From assembly GCA_951406725.2 (NCBI GenBank), contig OX597821.1, positions 20,894,001 through 20,958,000 of the forward strand: a DNA stretch of 64,000 nt, given 5' to 3'. Source of the DNA: Octopus vulgaris. Lineage: Eukaryota. Below are positions 11,749-27,190 of this stretch, piece after piece; the first letter of the stretch is position 1; every line of letters begins with the position of its first letter. The translations under genes were made by a program, and so were the position numbers. The notes beneath the pieces are model-generated. The model was not told the DNA's origin. It saw only the letters and a list, made by a program, of their open reading frames with translations, and did not search any database.

Positions 11749-12728
11749 TAACTATGTTAAGAATTATAGAAAAATTTCCCGATATTTTTTTTAGATATTG
11801 CATCCGATTTTTTCAGAGTGAGCAATGTAATATTTACTACCAGCAATTCACATAAAGAGCAGTCGTCAATGGAATATGTACTGGTATGACATGAGAATGT
11901 GAAAAGAAATGATGACTTATCGTATCGCATGGACATCTTGTGGCACGTCTGATGATGTATGAAGGAAGCGAAATAGGTTTCAGTAAGGTAACTAAACCTC
12001 TCTGTGGAGTTTCACAACAGATCACTTATTTAATGACATGATTACGAAACAAGAAGTCAGTCAACGCAATGGGCAGTACCTCATAGTCACCCAAATAAGA
12101 CTATGAAGGGCATTCGAACGGTTAATACATTTTTTAAATATCCATGCAAGAAATATATATTTCATGGAAATTGCGAGCAAGAGAAATAGTATTCTTAAGA
12201 TTATAAATCTGGAAAATACAAGAAGTTATAACTCTTGTGAAAGTTCACGACAACTTATTACATCTGGTAAGGTAGAAAACAAGAAAAACTTTACTTCAAA
12301 TACAGTAACAGCTAAGGATAAAATTTCAAATAAAATATTTAGATTTAGAAAATATTAGCTTTTATTAAAACTAAAAACTTTATTACAAGTTATTACTTCT
12401 ATTTGCTAGTATATATTACTTCTATTAACAATTAAAAATAACTCAATCAAAATATTTTTTGCACTTTAAAACAATTGATTATTTTAATTATTAATTAATT
12501 ATTACAAATTTGAAGAGGTTATAAAAAATAGAAGTAGGTAATTAGTACAATAAACATAATAGTACAAAAATTAGATATATATTACAGTAAAATCTATATT
12601 TAAAAACAAATTCACAGTAAACTTTCCTTGAGTTATTGCCTATGTTATTGCCAAATCTTCACATTTTTAGTCTTGACCCAATGCCTATATTTTACGTATT
12701 GAATTTGCCTACCATATATACTATTCTG

Positions 12729-12880
12729 TGGAGGCACATGGCCAAGTGGTTAGAGCAGAGGACTCGCGGGTTCGAATCTAAGACCGGACGATGTGTGCGT
12801 TTATGAGCAAAACACTTAAACTCCATCCGGCTCCGGCAGACTCTTTCGCCATAAAATTCTCTCACTCTTTCCTCCTGCAT
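12729..12880 (+). mobile_element. tRNA-derived SINE family C, 5' fragment
   Basis: gtggaggcacatggccaagtggttagagc...ggttcgaatc; homologous to the head of 39650-40035. Confidence 0.75.
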
Positions 12881-13619
12881 CCAAAAAATCCTTTTATCTG
12901 AACTGTCGTTCATTATGAACGTGTCGCATGCGTCAAACGACTAACAGCGTATTTCCGTTTAAGTGCCCTAATATTTTTGAGACAAGCAGTGAGGATTAAA
13001 AAAAACCTCATTAATTGAATAGCAAAATCTGTAAACTGCAACGCAACAAAGCGCCTCCTCTCCCATCAAATTTTATGCGGGCGATTTTGTCAAGTCATGG
13101 GATGTCTCTAGATACCGGAAGAGTTGACCTTGGAAATGTACTATGCAAGTTTTATAGTTTTTGTGTTTTGTCCCCATGAAATACACCATGAAAGGGTGCT
13201 TGTTAACGAAAAGAAAAAAGAAATGAAAATAAGAATATTAACTGGCTCTATCTGATAGCCCTTAAAATACATTGCATAAAGACATTAACAATATAGAAAA
13301 TGTCAGGAGCACTGCATGAAGGGATCAAGCGCGGACAAAAATAGTTTCATAGAAGCGTCTAGAATTGGATTGAAAGGAAAGACTTAAATATATTACTGAT
13401 ATTAATATTCGAAATAATTTTATATATACTTTATCTATATGGCGTTTTTTAAGCAATAGAAAATTCTATATATAAATCAAGATTTACAAACTGTTCGAAT
13501 GCAAGAGGAAAGAATTATTATATAATGGGATCGTTGGTTGCTCCAGCATTGGAATATGAAAATGTAGGAATATAATTATCCATATAGACAATCAGTCATA
13601 TACATACATACATGCACGC

Positions 13620-14131
<512 letters not shown>

Positions 14132-14228
14132 CGGGAAGCTTTATGAAAATAAACAAAAGACGAAGGCAGGTGGAAAACTAACGAACAATTGTATTAGTAT
14201 GGCGCTCAGGAAATATAAATAAAACAAG

Positions 14229-14266
14229 TCTTTAACGTTTCGAGCCTACGCTCTTCAACAGAAAGA
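14229..14266 (-). ncRNA. minimal hammerhead-like motif (core CUGUUGA plus extra A)
   Basis: Minus strand tcttt-CTGTTGA-a-gagc gtag gctc-GAAA-cg-TT-aaaga; stems I and II pair; A6 position altered. Confidence 0.55.
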
Positions 14267-14394
14267 TACACAGAGAGAGAAAAACACAGAAAGAAGGAGA
14301 ATGAAGTCAATCGAAACAAGAAAGCACAAAAAACACAACAACGCGAGGACGTGGAACAAATATAGTATTATTGGACGCTAAGGAAAGAAGGACG

Positions 14395-14429
14395 GTTTAA
14401 CGTTTCGAGCGGAGCTCTTCGTCGGAAAC
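14395..14429 (-). ncRNA. minimal hammerhead-like motif (core CCGACGA plus extra A)
   Basis: Minus strand gttt-CCGACGA-a-gagc tcc gctc-GAAA-cg-TT-aaac. Confidence 0.6.
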
Positions 14430-14639
14430 ATAGGAGAAGGAAAGATCCAGAGAAAGAAAGACAGAGGGAAAAAAAATCGCCAACGGTGCACACCAGGTTA
14501 CATTTTGAAAGACCGGAAGGAAAATATATATATGTATATTTGTATATATGCAGATACGTATGTAAGGTATTATATATATGTACTTAAAGAAACACATACA
14601 AACACACGCTCACATATACATTCTCATATATTGATAAAT

Positions 14640-15100
14640 ATTTGTGCCATGTATAGAGAAGGATAATTGCCGTCAACTTGTGCTTCCTTTTTGCTGATGA
14701 TATTTCTGACCTCCGTCCTTGACCTCTCAGGTGATTATTCGTTCCCGCTAGAGATATGCATAGTCTGAAACACACCCGAGTGATTATGTGAGCACAAGTC
14801 AGTACTCCTCCCTCGCCATAAAACTTTCATTTGAATGAAGGACAAATGAGACCGTAGTACGCCATGGGATTATAGTGATAAACGCTTGTACAACGCGTGT
14901 ACCACCATCTGAGTCTCCGTAAAAAGTACTTAGTGATAGGTCAAATCGAGACGAACAATAATTACGTGAAACTCTGTTGTGCGTCAGAGTGTAATAACAG
15001 ATTCTGTAATAACTTCAAGGGCTTTCCCTCACTCCCCGTGCTTTTACTCCGCACCTTGACGCCTATGGTACTTTATTTTTTTCACCGTGGTCACCTTGAT
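14640..15100 (-). pseudogene. possible very decayed L1/Tx1 AP-endonuclease N-terminus
   Basis: Minus-strand fragments TIGVKVRS...LLHSDAQQ...GGTRVV...VCFRL loosely follow the order of APE motifs (NVRG, QETH, GVA, FRL.VYAP). Confidence 0.3.
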
Positions 15101-15356
15101 TGTCATTAGATATTTCAATTACCTACTTTCCGGACAGGTGCTGTTACTCCGCGCTTCATTAATTGTGGGAACTACAGTAGTTAAGTGGGTTTCTCTACTG
15201 GCCTCAAAGCTTGAAGTCCCAAACCAGAACCACAATACCAGATGCTCTTTAGAATCATAACCAGGACTATATGCATGCATACGTGTGTGTGTGTGTGTCT
15301 GTGTGTATAATATTTACATGTATAGAGTCATATATACTGTTTATATAAGCTTACAT

Positions 15357-15588
15357 AGGCGGCGAGCTGGCAGAAACGTTAGCACGACGGGCGAAATGCT
15401 TAGCAGTATTTCGTCTGTCGTTACGTTCTGAGTTCAAATTCCGCCGAGGTCGACTTTGCCTTTCATCCTTTTGGGGTCGATAAATTAAGTACCAGTTACG
15501 CACTGGGGTCGATGTAATCGATTTAATCCCGTTGTCTGTCCTTGTTTGTCCCCTCTATGTTTAGCTCCTTATGGGCAATAAAGAAATA
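15357..15588 (+). mobile_element. tRNA-derived SINE family B (Nin-domain-like core), full length with TSD
   Basis: ggcggcgagctggcagaaacgttag...gagttcaaattcc...gcctttcatccttttggggtcgataaattaagtacc; 15-bp TSD tatataagcttacat at 15342-15356 and 15589-15603. Confidence 0.92.
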
Positions 15589-16569
15589 TATATAAGCTTA
15601 CATTAAAACAAGTATCTAAGTTCCTTCGTAAACCATAGGCATAAAAGGCTCGTTATCGAATTCTGTGGGGTATGTTTCTGCTGGACATTTTGCCTGTCCA
15701 TTGCAAGGTTATTCATTTTTTCTGTCTAGTGGAGCCATATGAAATGTAGCGTTTGGCACAAGAACGCCACTCATGGAAACCACCATATTCCAATCATGAG
15801 AGCAACGCTCTAAATATATTCTTTTCCATATGCTCATATACTTATGCTGATGAGTACACACACACACACACACACACATACACACACACACATACATAGG
15901 TTTATTAATATCGAACGCTGTCCTGGGATACTCGTAACTATAGCTGTCTTCCATCTATTGTTTCACTTCTACATATCTCTCTCTGCTTACGGTTCAATGG
16001 TTCAAACCTACATATACACATAGGCCCACATGCACACATGAACACAAGCATTTATATATATATATATACATAGAAGTAAATATATGGCACAACGAGGTTC
16101 CGATATTTACTGGAAATAGCGAACGTAATAATACGACGCTAATGTATAGCTACACCGCGAATGTACTAGCAAAATGCGTGAGTGCAACAGACTTGAAAAA
16201 AATTGTCTTACCTCCAGGGAGAACATCTGAAAGATGAAATACCTAGAAAAGGATAATGTGGGACCGGAGCCGGTTTCAGATTTTTCAAGATATGCCTGCA
16301 CACATATAATTGATCTATCTTCATCAGCCAAACATATACCACGACAACATTTCAGATGTTACCACATTAATGCCAATACACTCGACTATTGCATTACTAA
16401 TTTTATTATATATATATATATATATATACATATAGAAATATATATAATTTTGTGTGTGCACAATATTTATGTATATATGGCTCTATGTGCATAATAAAAT
16501 ATAGATATTATATATATATATATGAGTCTAAGTATGCATATATATTTCTATGTATCTGTGTGCACGCGT

Positions 16570-16632
<63 letters not shown>

Positions 16633-17175
16633 GTGCATACGGTCATATGAAAATGCTTATATATATACATCTATCGTAATGGCACAATTAGATTTTTATT
16701 TGCCTCCGTAATTCGTTCGATTATTTTTTAATAACCTTATTCCGATTCTTTGAAGAATTACATTGAAATACCAAATATCCTACGCATGTAGGCACACATA
16801 TATATTAAAACTATTCATACAAATACATCAATAGCTGTAGCTTAACTGTATACATAACATTTCTCATCTCTTGAATACATACATATATTCCAACAACACG
16901 GTATATTCACCTCGACATCTGCTTCACGCTTAGATACATTGATACAAATGCCTGTAACAGAAGAATTAGAGCGAAATACCAATACAACAAAGTGTAGAAT
17001 TATAATATTAAGCTTTGATGCTCCCTTCGAGGCGATGCCAAATATTGTAGAATAACCATGAGTGGAATAATACTGTTATGATACAGATCATTAGTTTGTA
17101 ATAAATCTTCTGGCATTGTTTATACTGTGTAGCATAAGTGCGTATATATACGCCTATTCAAAGTCGTAAAACGCG

Positions 17176-17212
<37 letters not shown>

Positions 17213-17454
17213 GTGTATGGTGTGTATGACGTATATGCATATATAAGTGGTGTAGGATGTGCGTATGTCTGCGTGGGTGTGAGTGAGTGTTTGCGGGTGT
17301 ACGTGTGTGTGTGTGTGCGCATATCTGGGAGTGTGTATGTTTTTTCAGCATGACTGCGTTTTTGCATAAATATATGCAAGTTTATGCGTGCACGCAGACG
17401 TATATATGCATGTGTGTATATGCAAACTAGCTTTATATAAATATATATAAATAT

Positions 17455-17487
<33 letters not shown>

Positions 17488-18559
17488 GGTACACACATAT
17501 ATATCTTGGAATGTACTTTGAACTTAGTATATATATCTTCCTTTTGCTTCCTATTTCCTTCTCCTATACTTGTTTTGTTGCCTCTTGATAGCATCTGTTC
17601 TTTTCTTCATTCTTCCACCCTGTCTTTTTCTCTTAATGTTCGTTTATTTTACTCTCATCGATCCTATTTATCTTAAAATCTCTTCTTCAAATACGCAACG
17701 CGAACCTTGTTCTCTTTTTTTTTTCTTGACAGTGATAGAATCTTGGGAACAAAGAATATGTGTCCCGATAAAAGAAAAAATGCTTTACAACTATCAATAT
17801 TGTTTGATCAACTACAATTTAGCGAATTAAAATTGGGTTGTACGCCAAAAAAGGTATTTTTCTTCAAAAATGCTAATAAATAAATAAAACTTATTTACGC
17901 ATGTATATTTGTACCAACTCATATAATAAAGAAACGGTTGCTGAATATTATTTTGGGATTTCTACTTGGAGAAGAGAGAAACATATTAAACGAACAACAT
18001 AAAGCCATATACTGAAACTAGGAATAAAATTGAGTTTTCAAAATATAATAATTACATTAAAATATATACTGCTTTGTTTTTAGTTTTTGCATTAATGGAT
18101 ATCAATGGCGAATTAGTCGTATCGTTAGATCGCAGGAAAAGTATATTGCAGTATCATTTCTACCACTTCACAATTCCCGTTCGAATCACGACGGTATCAA
18201 CCTTAAATGTCGAACGTTCCGTGGTTGAGAGTATATATACATGTAACCACATACGACAAAGGCCCTGTCTCCCAAATTTCAGGCTTTATATCAGAATTGG
18301 AAAGTTTAATGTTTTAAAATTATATGAATGTTATTGGTGACACGTATACAATTGATGACTGTTATAAAATGGAAATCCTACATGGTGATTATTTTAATTG
18401 AAAACAGAGACATTAAGTGTGCTAAAACAACTTTTAGGCCCTCCTCTTTTGTCTCACTCTCATTTCATTGTATCGTTCATTTTCAGCTAAACATTTTGGT
18501 CTCTTTTTAGAGTATTTTCATCCTATAACTTTCACACAAGATCCATTCCAACAGCTTTT

Positions 18560-19290
18560 AGACATTTTCAGGAAAACTTTTGTTAATATCAAGCGAGTAC
18601 AAAACTCTTCCAATTAGGATCCTCTCACTGAAATACACTTATAGCCTTGGTACCACTTGATTAATAATCTCCTGGCGTTCTTCTAAAGGCCCTTGTCAGA
18701 GCCTCATTCATGTTCTTAATGTCTTCAAAATAGGCACCCTTGCGGTTGTCCTTCAGTTTGGAGAACAACTATAAGATAATGGAGGTAAGTCTGGGCAGTA
18801 GACACAGTATGAGACAGTTTTGATGCCCATCTCTGTCAAGTAGTCTGTTACCAAGATGTAATTGTGGACTAGTGCATTGCCGCACTTTAGGTGCCACTGT
18901 CCTGAGTTAAAGAGATCTGGCCTTTTGAGACAAAATCAAATCCTGAAATCCGACATAACCTCCAAAAAGAATCGTTTGTTGACCGTCTAACTACAAGGAA
19001 TCCAATGGATGTAGATGATGTACGTGCTCTCGAAAAAAGGAAACATCATGTGCTTTTCGGTCAATTGGACACATTGTCTCTTGGTCTCTGGATCATAATA
19101 GTAGGTCAAGCTTTCGTCACAGGTCACCAAACTCACATAGATTGGGATTTGATGTAATGAGCTCAAACAACGCTCTGCACACATCGCTGTGTCTTTCCTT
19201 CTATTTGTCACTAGCCATGTAAAAAATCTTTTGCGCATGTTAAGACCTTCATAAATAATCCTGAGTATAGTTATCTCACCGACTCCAGAC
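18560..19290 (-). mobile_element. decayed mariner transposase relic
   Basis: ORF 18987-19238 has LVTCDESLTYYYDPETKRQC (VTGDETW..YDPETKRQS motif); YCPDLPP (YSPDLAP motif) near 18780-18800 on the minus strand. Confidence 0.8.
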
Positions 19291-19468
19291 TATACACGTG
19301 TGTATGACTATACATAATTACATAAATATAAATAAGTATATTCATATAAAAGCCTCTGTTTGTATATGTGCATATGCACACACACACACACACACATACA
19401 CACATACACTTACACTTACACACATACGCTTACACACATACACTTACGTATATATATATATATATATA

Positions 19469-19868
19469 ACTACATATAATATTTGCAAACAAACCCGAAT
19501 CCTTTACAAGATAAGGAACTAGAGCGACAATGGAAGTCTCTTAGAACAATAATAACTATATAATAGTGCACCATGATAATTATACATATACTCCGATTTA
19601 TATCGACATTTTTACATAAACAATTGACTGAAAAATGATGAGCAAACCCTGGCCAAATTCGAAACCGCACATGAACGCTAACATGGCTCCTTCAGCATCC
19701 GGTTGGGCCAAATTCTGACCCATCGATTTCAACCAAATTTTATGAATATATAATTTAACTGCCCAATACTACATGTAAATTTTGTAAACAAACCCTAAGA
19801 CTTTGTAAATTATGGAGATATATCCATTATAGAAGCCTCTTAGTACAATACTAACTATATAATATACA
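19469..19868. repeat. old imperfect direct repeat, period ~300 bp
   Basis: ctacat.taa..tttg.aaacaaaccc...gaag.ctcttag.acaata.taactatataata at ~19469-19565 and ~19769-19865. Confidence 0.65.
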
Positions 19869-20192
19869 TTATTATTATTATTATGATATATATAAATATA
19901 TATATATATACACAAAAACACACTCAAATACACGTACACATATGTGTGTGTATGTGTGTGTTTATGATTGTGTGTATGCATTCAGGCACACATATATGTA
20001 CTAATCGCCGTTTACAAATACAGCGTCTGTTCTGTTTATACTTAAGACAATTATTGCAGGAACATCTTTAGTAACGTTCATGGAATGGTAGTTAAAAACG
20101 CCAATAGATTCTGCAACTGATTGAAGGTACTAAGCAAACTTGCCAAGTAATTCGGTAAGACTGAAACAATTAAAGATAAAAAATAGTGTGTG

Positions 20193-20282
<90 letters not shown>

Positions 20283-20352
20283 GTAGATCGAAATCTATTT
20301 GTTATCTAACATACACACAGACACAGACACAGACACACACACACACATATGT

Positions 20353-20407
<55 letters not shown>

Positions 20408-20639
20408 GGCTATATATGTTTCATCGCTGGTGGAACCGCGGATGTAGTATTTGTGTGAATGAGGGGTAGTCCGCTAGTTACTTTTCAGGTCAAAATTACC
20501 TCAGTTAGATTATCATCAAGGTATTGACTTTTAACTTGCAGGAGGTTACATAAAAAATATGCATGCATGTACATACATATCTCTATACATATATAAATAT
20601 ATACATCTAATTAGATGTATGCATATATATACATCTAAT

Positions 20640-20692
<53 letters not shown>

Positions 20693-20693
20693 A

Positions 20694-20738
<45 letters not shown>

Positions 20739-20754
20739 TATATATATATATACG

Positions 20755-20838
<84 letters not shown>

Positions 20839-20944
20839 CCATTTTAGCCGGTGGTCATTCGGACACATAAGAGAGCTAAAAAACAACCACGTGGATTCTG
20901 TTGAGACTAGTAAGAAATAATTATGAACGTTTTTATTACACTTA

Positions 20945-21008
<64 letters not shown>

Positions 21009-21434
21009 CGTGTGTGTGTGTTTGTGTATGTATATATATATATATATATATACACTCACTCGCGTTTGGATGTCTGTATTATATGTATCTATACCCTATG
21101 CAAGTAAATGTATTAATACTTATTTCTGTTACGTGATTATCCTTCATGAGTACTTGTGCTCGAATATGTTCTTCCAACGTGTGCTCAAGTGTGCATTGCA
21201 TGACTGTTTGTATATTTGAATATTGGTTTTTTAAAATGGCTTGAGTAGAGATAAGAAAACAAAAACGACAAGCGTATGAACAGAAAAACGAAGAGCCTAT
21301 GGAACGGAAGACTACCTTCCGTCGTTTTTCGTTCCTCTTACCAGTTTTTCCATGCATTTTGTATGCTACGACGTGCATGCGTTACAAATAAACATCATTC
21401 CTACGTACCATCGTATCTATCTATCTATCTATCC

Positions 21435-21504
<70 letters not shown>

Positions 21505-21691
21505 ATATCTGTCTGTCTGTCTGTCTCTCTGTGTCATTCTATATATTTGCTTGTATGTATGCACATATAAATGCATATATTTAAAAGACTGTTGCTCTAT
21601 AATTTAATATTTTTACCACTTGCTCATCTATAAATCTATTTATCTATCTATGTGCCCATATCTTTATCTATCAATCTATCTATCTATCTAT

Positions 21692-21728
<37 letters not shown>

Positions 21729-22084
21729 TGTATGTATATATATGTATATGCATGTGTGTGCACGTGTGCATACACAGATACACGTACGCACACACGCACA
21801 CACACACACATACACATGATATGATATCAGTTCTAACTAGATTTCATGGCCCGACAAGTGTTCACCAGCCGTTACGCATTTGCTTCTAGCAGACAAAAGA
21901 AGAGTAAGTTATGCTTCGTAAAGTTCCTCACTGTCTCTCACAATGTTTATTTCTTCGCTTTATTATCTCTCTTTTTATTCTCTCTCCCCCACTTTCTCTC
22001 CATTTGTATATATCTTTATCTATCTCTTTCACTCACCGCCTTTCCTATTTTGCATGCGTACGTATACACACGTGCACACACACA

Positions 22085-22146
<62 letters not shown>

Positions 22147-24299
22147 ATATAAGCATACAAATTCATGTATATATATATATACATATAACTGTATATATAT
22201 GTGTGTGTATATGTGTGTGTGTATGTGTGTGTGTGTGTGTTTGTATGTATGTAATTATATATTTGACAGTATTATGTATTTAATACAACGAATGAAGTAT
22301 GAAGAATTCGACACCATTTCCATGAGAAATAATATGAATGGCCATAACAATAACCAAAGCAATAATGAGAATAATAATAATAACAATAATAATAATGATT
22401 CTGATAACAACAGCAACAACAACAACACTAAAACTGTTATAATATCAGCAAATATAATTATAATAAACATGTTGATATAACGCACTTTTCGATGCCACAC
22501 ATTTCAGCTGAATATTATAGGTGAATAAATTGATTTCATTGCATATATTTTTGGTGCATATTTTATTAAAGTTGAATGGAATGAATGGCAAAGTAGGTCC
22601 TGACGGGATTTCTATTCACACTATTGAAAACATTGCGAATAACATCAATTCTCTACACCGAGGAGATTGGGACAAACAAAGTAGTCCCTATGTGCCTACA
22701 CGCGCTTCTGGATCCATCAGCAGAAACTTCCACGAATGCATCTCATTGTTAAAGAAAAAAGGAAGGTGCACCCTTTTCAAATCGCTCCTCAAATCGATAG
22801 AATTTTATCACGTAGGTTAAACTTTTGTCCTTATTTATTTTTCTAATTTTACTTTAATGCCATGCAGAGAACAATCGGGGAATAAACTCTTCTGCATATA
22901 TTGGTGTTGAAACTAATAATTGTTTGGAAAAGAAAAATGCCTCTTATATCTTTGTCAGTTGCATAGATGCATATACAATAATGGCAACAAAACTCAGGAA
23001 AGAAAACGGAAGAAATAAAATAAAACTAAGGATAACCACATGCAAAAGGAAAATGTGTATGCATAATATGGACCAAAACTACAGTTTTAAAAGAAACAAA
23101 ACAGAAATAATTAGTTATAATCGAAAGTGTTACAAAGAAGGTGAACATTAATAATTTTGGTAAGAAAATAAGCAGCAAATTCAAAACTCAGACCAGCTTA
23201 TACACACACATACATACACAGGCACGCACATCCGCACGCACGTTTGCACGCACACAAACACAGGTAGCCGCACACACATTCATGCATACACACGCATACA
23301 TAAACAAACAAACGAGCTTTCTAAAATCATGATAACGTATCAAATGCCAGTGAAGAACTGGTTTCGTTTTCTGTTAATTTTGATTTTTGAAGACAGTGCT
23401 ATCTGGCGAAATTCAATGCTTCTTACACGAGCAGGAAAGAAGATGTTAACATATTTGTGCAATCCTAAGACACCTATCCTTTTGTGTCACACAGATATTA
23501 GTCAGGCCTGGCTGATATGCAGAGTTGTATAATGTAAAGTGTAACAGACGGATAGATATACATGTCTTCCAGATCCATCTTGAGCCCTGCAGTGAATGTT
23601 GAAAGAAGAGCTTTATAAATGGTAGTTACGAAGAAAACGTCTGGCTGTTATACACGTAGCAGTAAAAATCCTTTTAGTGATTGTGGGACATACAAACAGG
23701 AAAATCTAAAATGGACATATGCAATTGCAAACACGACGGTTGTAATTCATACATTATAACTAAGCGCTTCTCCAGAATCATTGAAGTAAGTTGTCTCGTT
23801 TCAAGATCAAAAAAAAAAAATTGAACAGTAACGCCATCTGTATTTATCCCTCTTCATCGTGACAATGGAGAGGGATACAAAGTTAGCAATGTTGAAACAA
23901 TGATGCAAAAACAACAAAAACACTACAGACATAAAATAAGACTACTCAAGATGAAGCCATTTTGGAAGGATAAAACAGCTTTTCAGGTTGAACTAAATTC
24001 TCAGTCTTTTGAAAAACTAACAAACTACGAGTTTTTTGTTCTTAGTCAGTGAACAACCATCATTTATCAATTCAGTTTACCGAAATAGCTGTTGGAGGGA
24101 TCCTGCTATCAGATGAGTCCATGCCGAATATTGCCGCATCTATCGATAATAGCAAGGGATTTTTCTCCGAAGTGGGTATTGCGAAACTGGTTGTATGTAA
24201 GACGAGACGCAAAGAACTGAAGACATCTTCATTATATTTTGAAATGAAGACACCTTAGTTACGTCTCACATAGAAAGGAATGTAATGGTAGCAATACAG

Positions 24300-25500
24300 G
24301 TGCCAGGAAATTAGTTGAACGCTGGTTAAGAGTAGCATACATGTATGAGTGAAGAGGCCAAATTTGAGCATATTCCTGTAAAGGTGAGACACTGCATCTG
24401 AGAGAGAGAGAAGATTTCATTGACAATGTATGGTCATTACTTGTTTGGCAAAAGTGAAGCATCCCTTTTATTGGGTGATTTCTTTGTTTGAAATTTTGAT
24501 GATCTTCATTTGTGATCGCTTTCCACGGCCTAAGTAAACTCCTCACTGTGTGAGCGTGAAGTAAGTTGGAGACGAGTATGGATGTCACCTCCTCCCTCGA
24601 AGGTGTGCTGGACCTTTCGGTCCATGATGCGAAATTCTGAAAAACGCCGATAATAGCCGAAAAGATTATTGGTGCGATGTTTATCTGCACAAGGGAGAAG
24701 TCATCGTGGTTGAATAGTCTGCGCTTGGAGATTTATTTCCATATGCTAGAGGTATTTGGTGATCTTTTGGTTGATGCTTACTACAACTTTCAGAATGAAT
24801 TCCCAGTGCCATGATCCGTGACATAGTGCTGCTGCTAAGCAAGGACCCAAATAATGTGGACCAAATAGATTATTTTAGGCTCATAGCTCTACTGAAAGAT
24901 TATACGATTTTGGCTAAGAAGCTGCCACTTGTCAATAAATTGGTCGGCGAGGAGCAGACAAACGCTATTCGAAAGAGATTTATACACGAGAACCTTCACC
25001 TCATGCGTTACATTATAAATAGGGTAGGTAAGGAAACTGGCATGAGTTAGGACTGATAAATTTGAATGAATCAAAACATCCAAGTCTTAGAGACTATCCT
25101 CAAGGCGGCCGGTTTCGGTCCCGTTTTCAGAGGCTGGAACGCTGCAATATTCAGCGATATCTTTCGTTGGTCAAAGTAAATAGTGACCTATCGGAATCGT
25201 TTAGCATCGAAAATTCGTAACATCAAGGTTGCCTACTCTTGTTCCTTCTAGACGTGCTCCTTCTTGATCCATTGCTACGGAATCTGGATGTTTAGAAGGG
25301 CATCCTATATGAACTTTCATGCTGAATGTTTGTGTAGGTTTATGCAGACGATGTAACCGTCATAGTGTTCGATACCTCGGAAATCGAGGTGATTGATACT
25401 GCCTTCATGGAGTACGAAGCGGTGACAGGTGAAATTAGTGGGTTTGCAGCATGGTACCCGGAGAGGCAGGTATATGACGACCGACAGCGACGACGGAAGA
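24300..25500 (+). mobile_element. decayed L1/Tx1-clade ORF2 (reverse transcriptase) relic
   Basis: ORF 24811-25050 YFRLIALLKDYTILAK...EEQTNAIRKRFIHENLHLMRYII (RT domains 1-2), HQGCLL..LL...LLDPLLR (QGCPLSP motif), and tatgcagacgatgta = YADDV at 25341. Left boundary approximate. Confidence 0.85.
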
Positions 25501-25530
25501 ACCAATTAGTAGTGATATTATTATTATTAT

Positions 25531-27003
25531 TCTATGTTTGACTTTTGCTTTACATTTGCACAAGCTGGCACCAAGTCTCACCCAGAGACCTCAAGAGATA
25601 ACAAGTTGGATGTTCATGTTGGTGTTATGCCTAGGGTGACATATATTTGGTTTTGTACTTAGTGTTGTACTAGTGAATGCCTAAAAAACATACAAAAATT
25701 ATGTTTATTTTAAAACTTGAGATTACAAAGAAAGTATTTTGCGTTGGATATGAGCAGTTCCCATGAGCACTATCTTTTGAATTTCTGCCATTTTGGGGTT
25801 TCCTGGTATCTGAGTTAGGTAGCAATCAGCCCCTTTTGCTATCATTCCCAGGGCACCTATGACAACAGGTATTGTTTTAGTCTTCAGGTTCCACATTTTG
25901 CTGATTTCTATTTCCAGATCTTTATATTTGCTCAGTTTCTGGTAGGTCTTGACAGATACGTTTATATCGAATGGGACAGTCATATCAATGAGGAGGCATG
26001 TCTTTTGTCTGAAATCATTTACTATGATATCTGGCCTATTCGCGTCAGTTTGAATGGTGAAGTTCCAGAGGAGTGATATGTGGTCATTTTCAAGCACTGG
26101 AAGTGGTTTGTGTTCCCACCAGTTTTTAGCATGGGGCAAGTCCAGGCTTCTGCAAATTACCTAGTGAATATATTGTGCAGCTCAATCATGCCTGTTGAGA
26201 TACTCTGTAGGCGCAAGAAGGCTGCACTTGGAGACAACATGATCAATGGCTTCATTTCGTTGTTGACATACACATTTTGGGCCACTGCCGTTCTTTAATA
26301 TATTGGCCTGGTTGTTCCTCGTAGGTAGGCCATTAGCCATTGATGGGTCAGGGCTTTGTCAACATCTGCATTATTCACTCTCTTTGGGTATTTGCAATTG
26401 AGAGGTTTTTCTTGCCCTTTATCATTCAGAATATCTAAGGCGCAGTTTAAGCACGGGTTTTCATGCGCTTAGCTTTTTCTGTGCTTGTTTCTTGTATGTC
26501 TAATTCCGAAATTTGTTGTATTCGGAATTCACTTAGATATTCCTTTGCCTGTTTTGTTACTGAGTATGATGCTTTCTTGTTTTCATATTTTCAGACAAGT
26601 TTTAACATCCAGTCCTCAGAGTTTTTCAAGTAGGTGTCTAGGCCAATTGTAGCAACCTTCATTGTTATGCCAGTTGTAAAAGCCCACGGTCTCCCTCTTT
26701 TCTTGGTAGATAAAGTCGATATATATCTGCCTTAGGGTGGTGCATTCTATGCATTGTCAACAGTTTTCGAATTTTTCTGTCAAAATTACATATCTCAGTA
26801 ATTGACCAGTTAACAATATTGGAACTGTAAGTCACGATTGGTATGGCTAAAGTATTGATCTCTTCGATCCTGTTTCTTGCATTCAGCTCTGTCTTGAGTA
26901 TTGCTCTTACTCTGCGATAACATTCTCTCCTGATCCTTTCCTTCATCGTTGAATGCCTTATTCCATCCCCTTCAATTACCCCTAGGTACTTGCGGCTCTC
27001 CAC
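25531..27003 (-). mobile_element. 5'-truncated R4/Dong-clade LINE (post-RT, CCHC, restriction-like endonuclease, 3' UTR)
   Basis: KYLG...AIPIVTYS...HHPKADIYRLYLPRKEGDRGL (26665-27003); KCVCQQRNEAIDHVVSKC knuckle; NRPDII...LLIDMTVP...KLSKYKDL...IPVVIGALG (25723-26139); TAA repeats on both sides. Confidence 0.93.
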
Positions 27004-27022
27004 TGTATTATTGTTATTATTA

Positions 27023-27077
<55 letters not shown>

Positions 27078-27133
27078 CATCATCATCATCATCATCATCA
27101 TGATCATCATCATCATCGTCATCATCATTATTA

Positions 27134-27184
<51 letters not shown>

Positions 27185-27190
27185 GCATCA
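27004..27190. repeat. compound (TTA)/(TCA) microsatellite
   Basis: Direct reading. Confidence 0.97.

Noticed and set aside
19630-19675. atgatgag...ttcgaaaccg motif between the 300-bp-period repeats
   Set aside because: No convincing stem I or stem II pairing.
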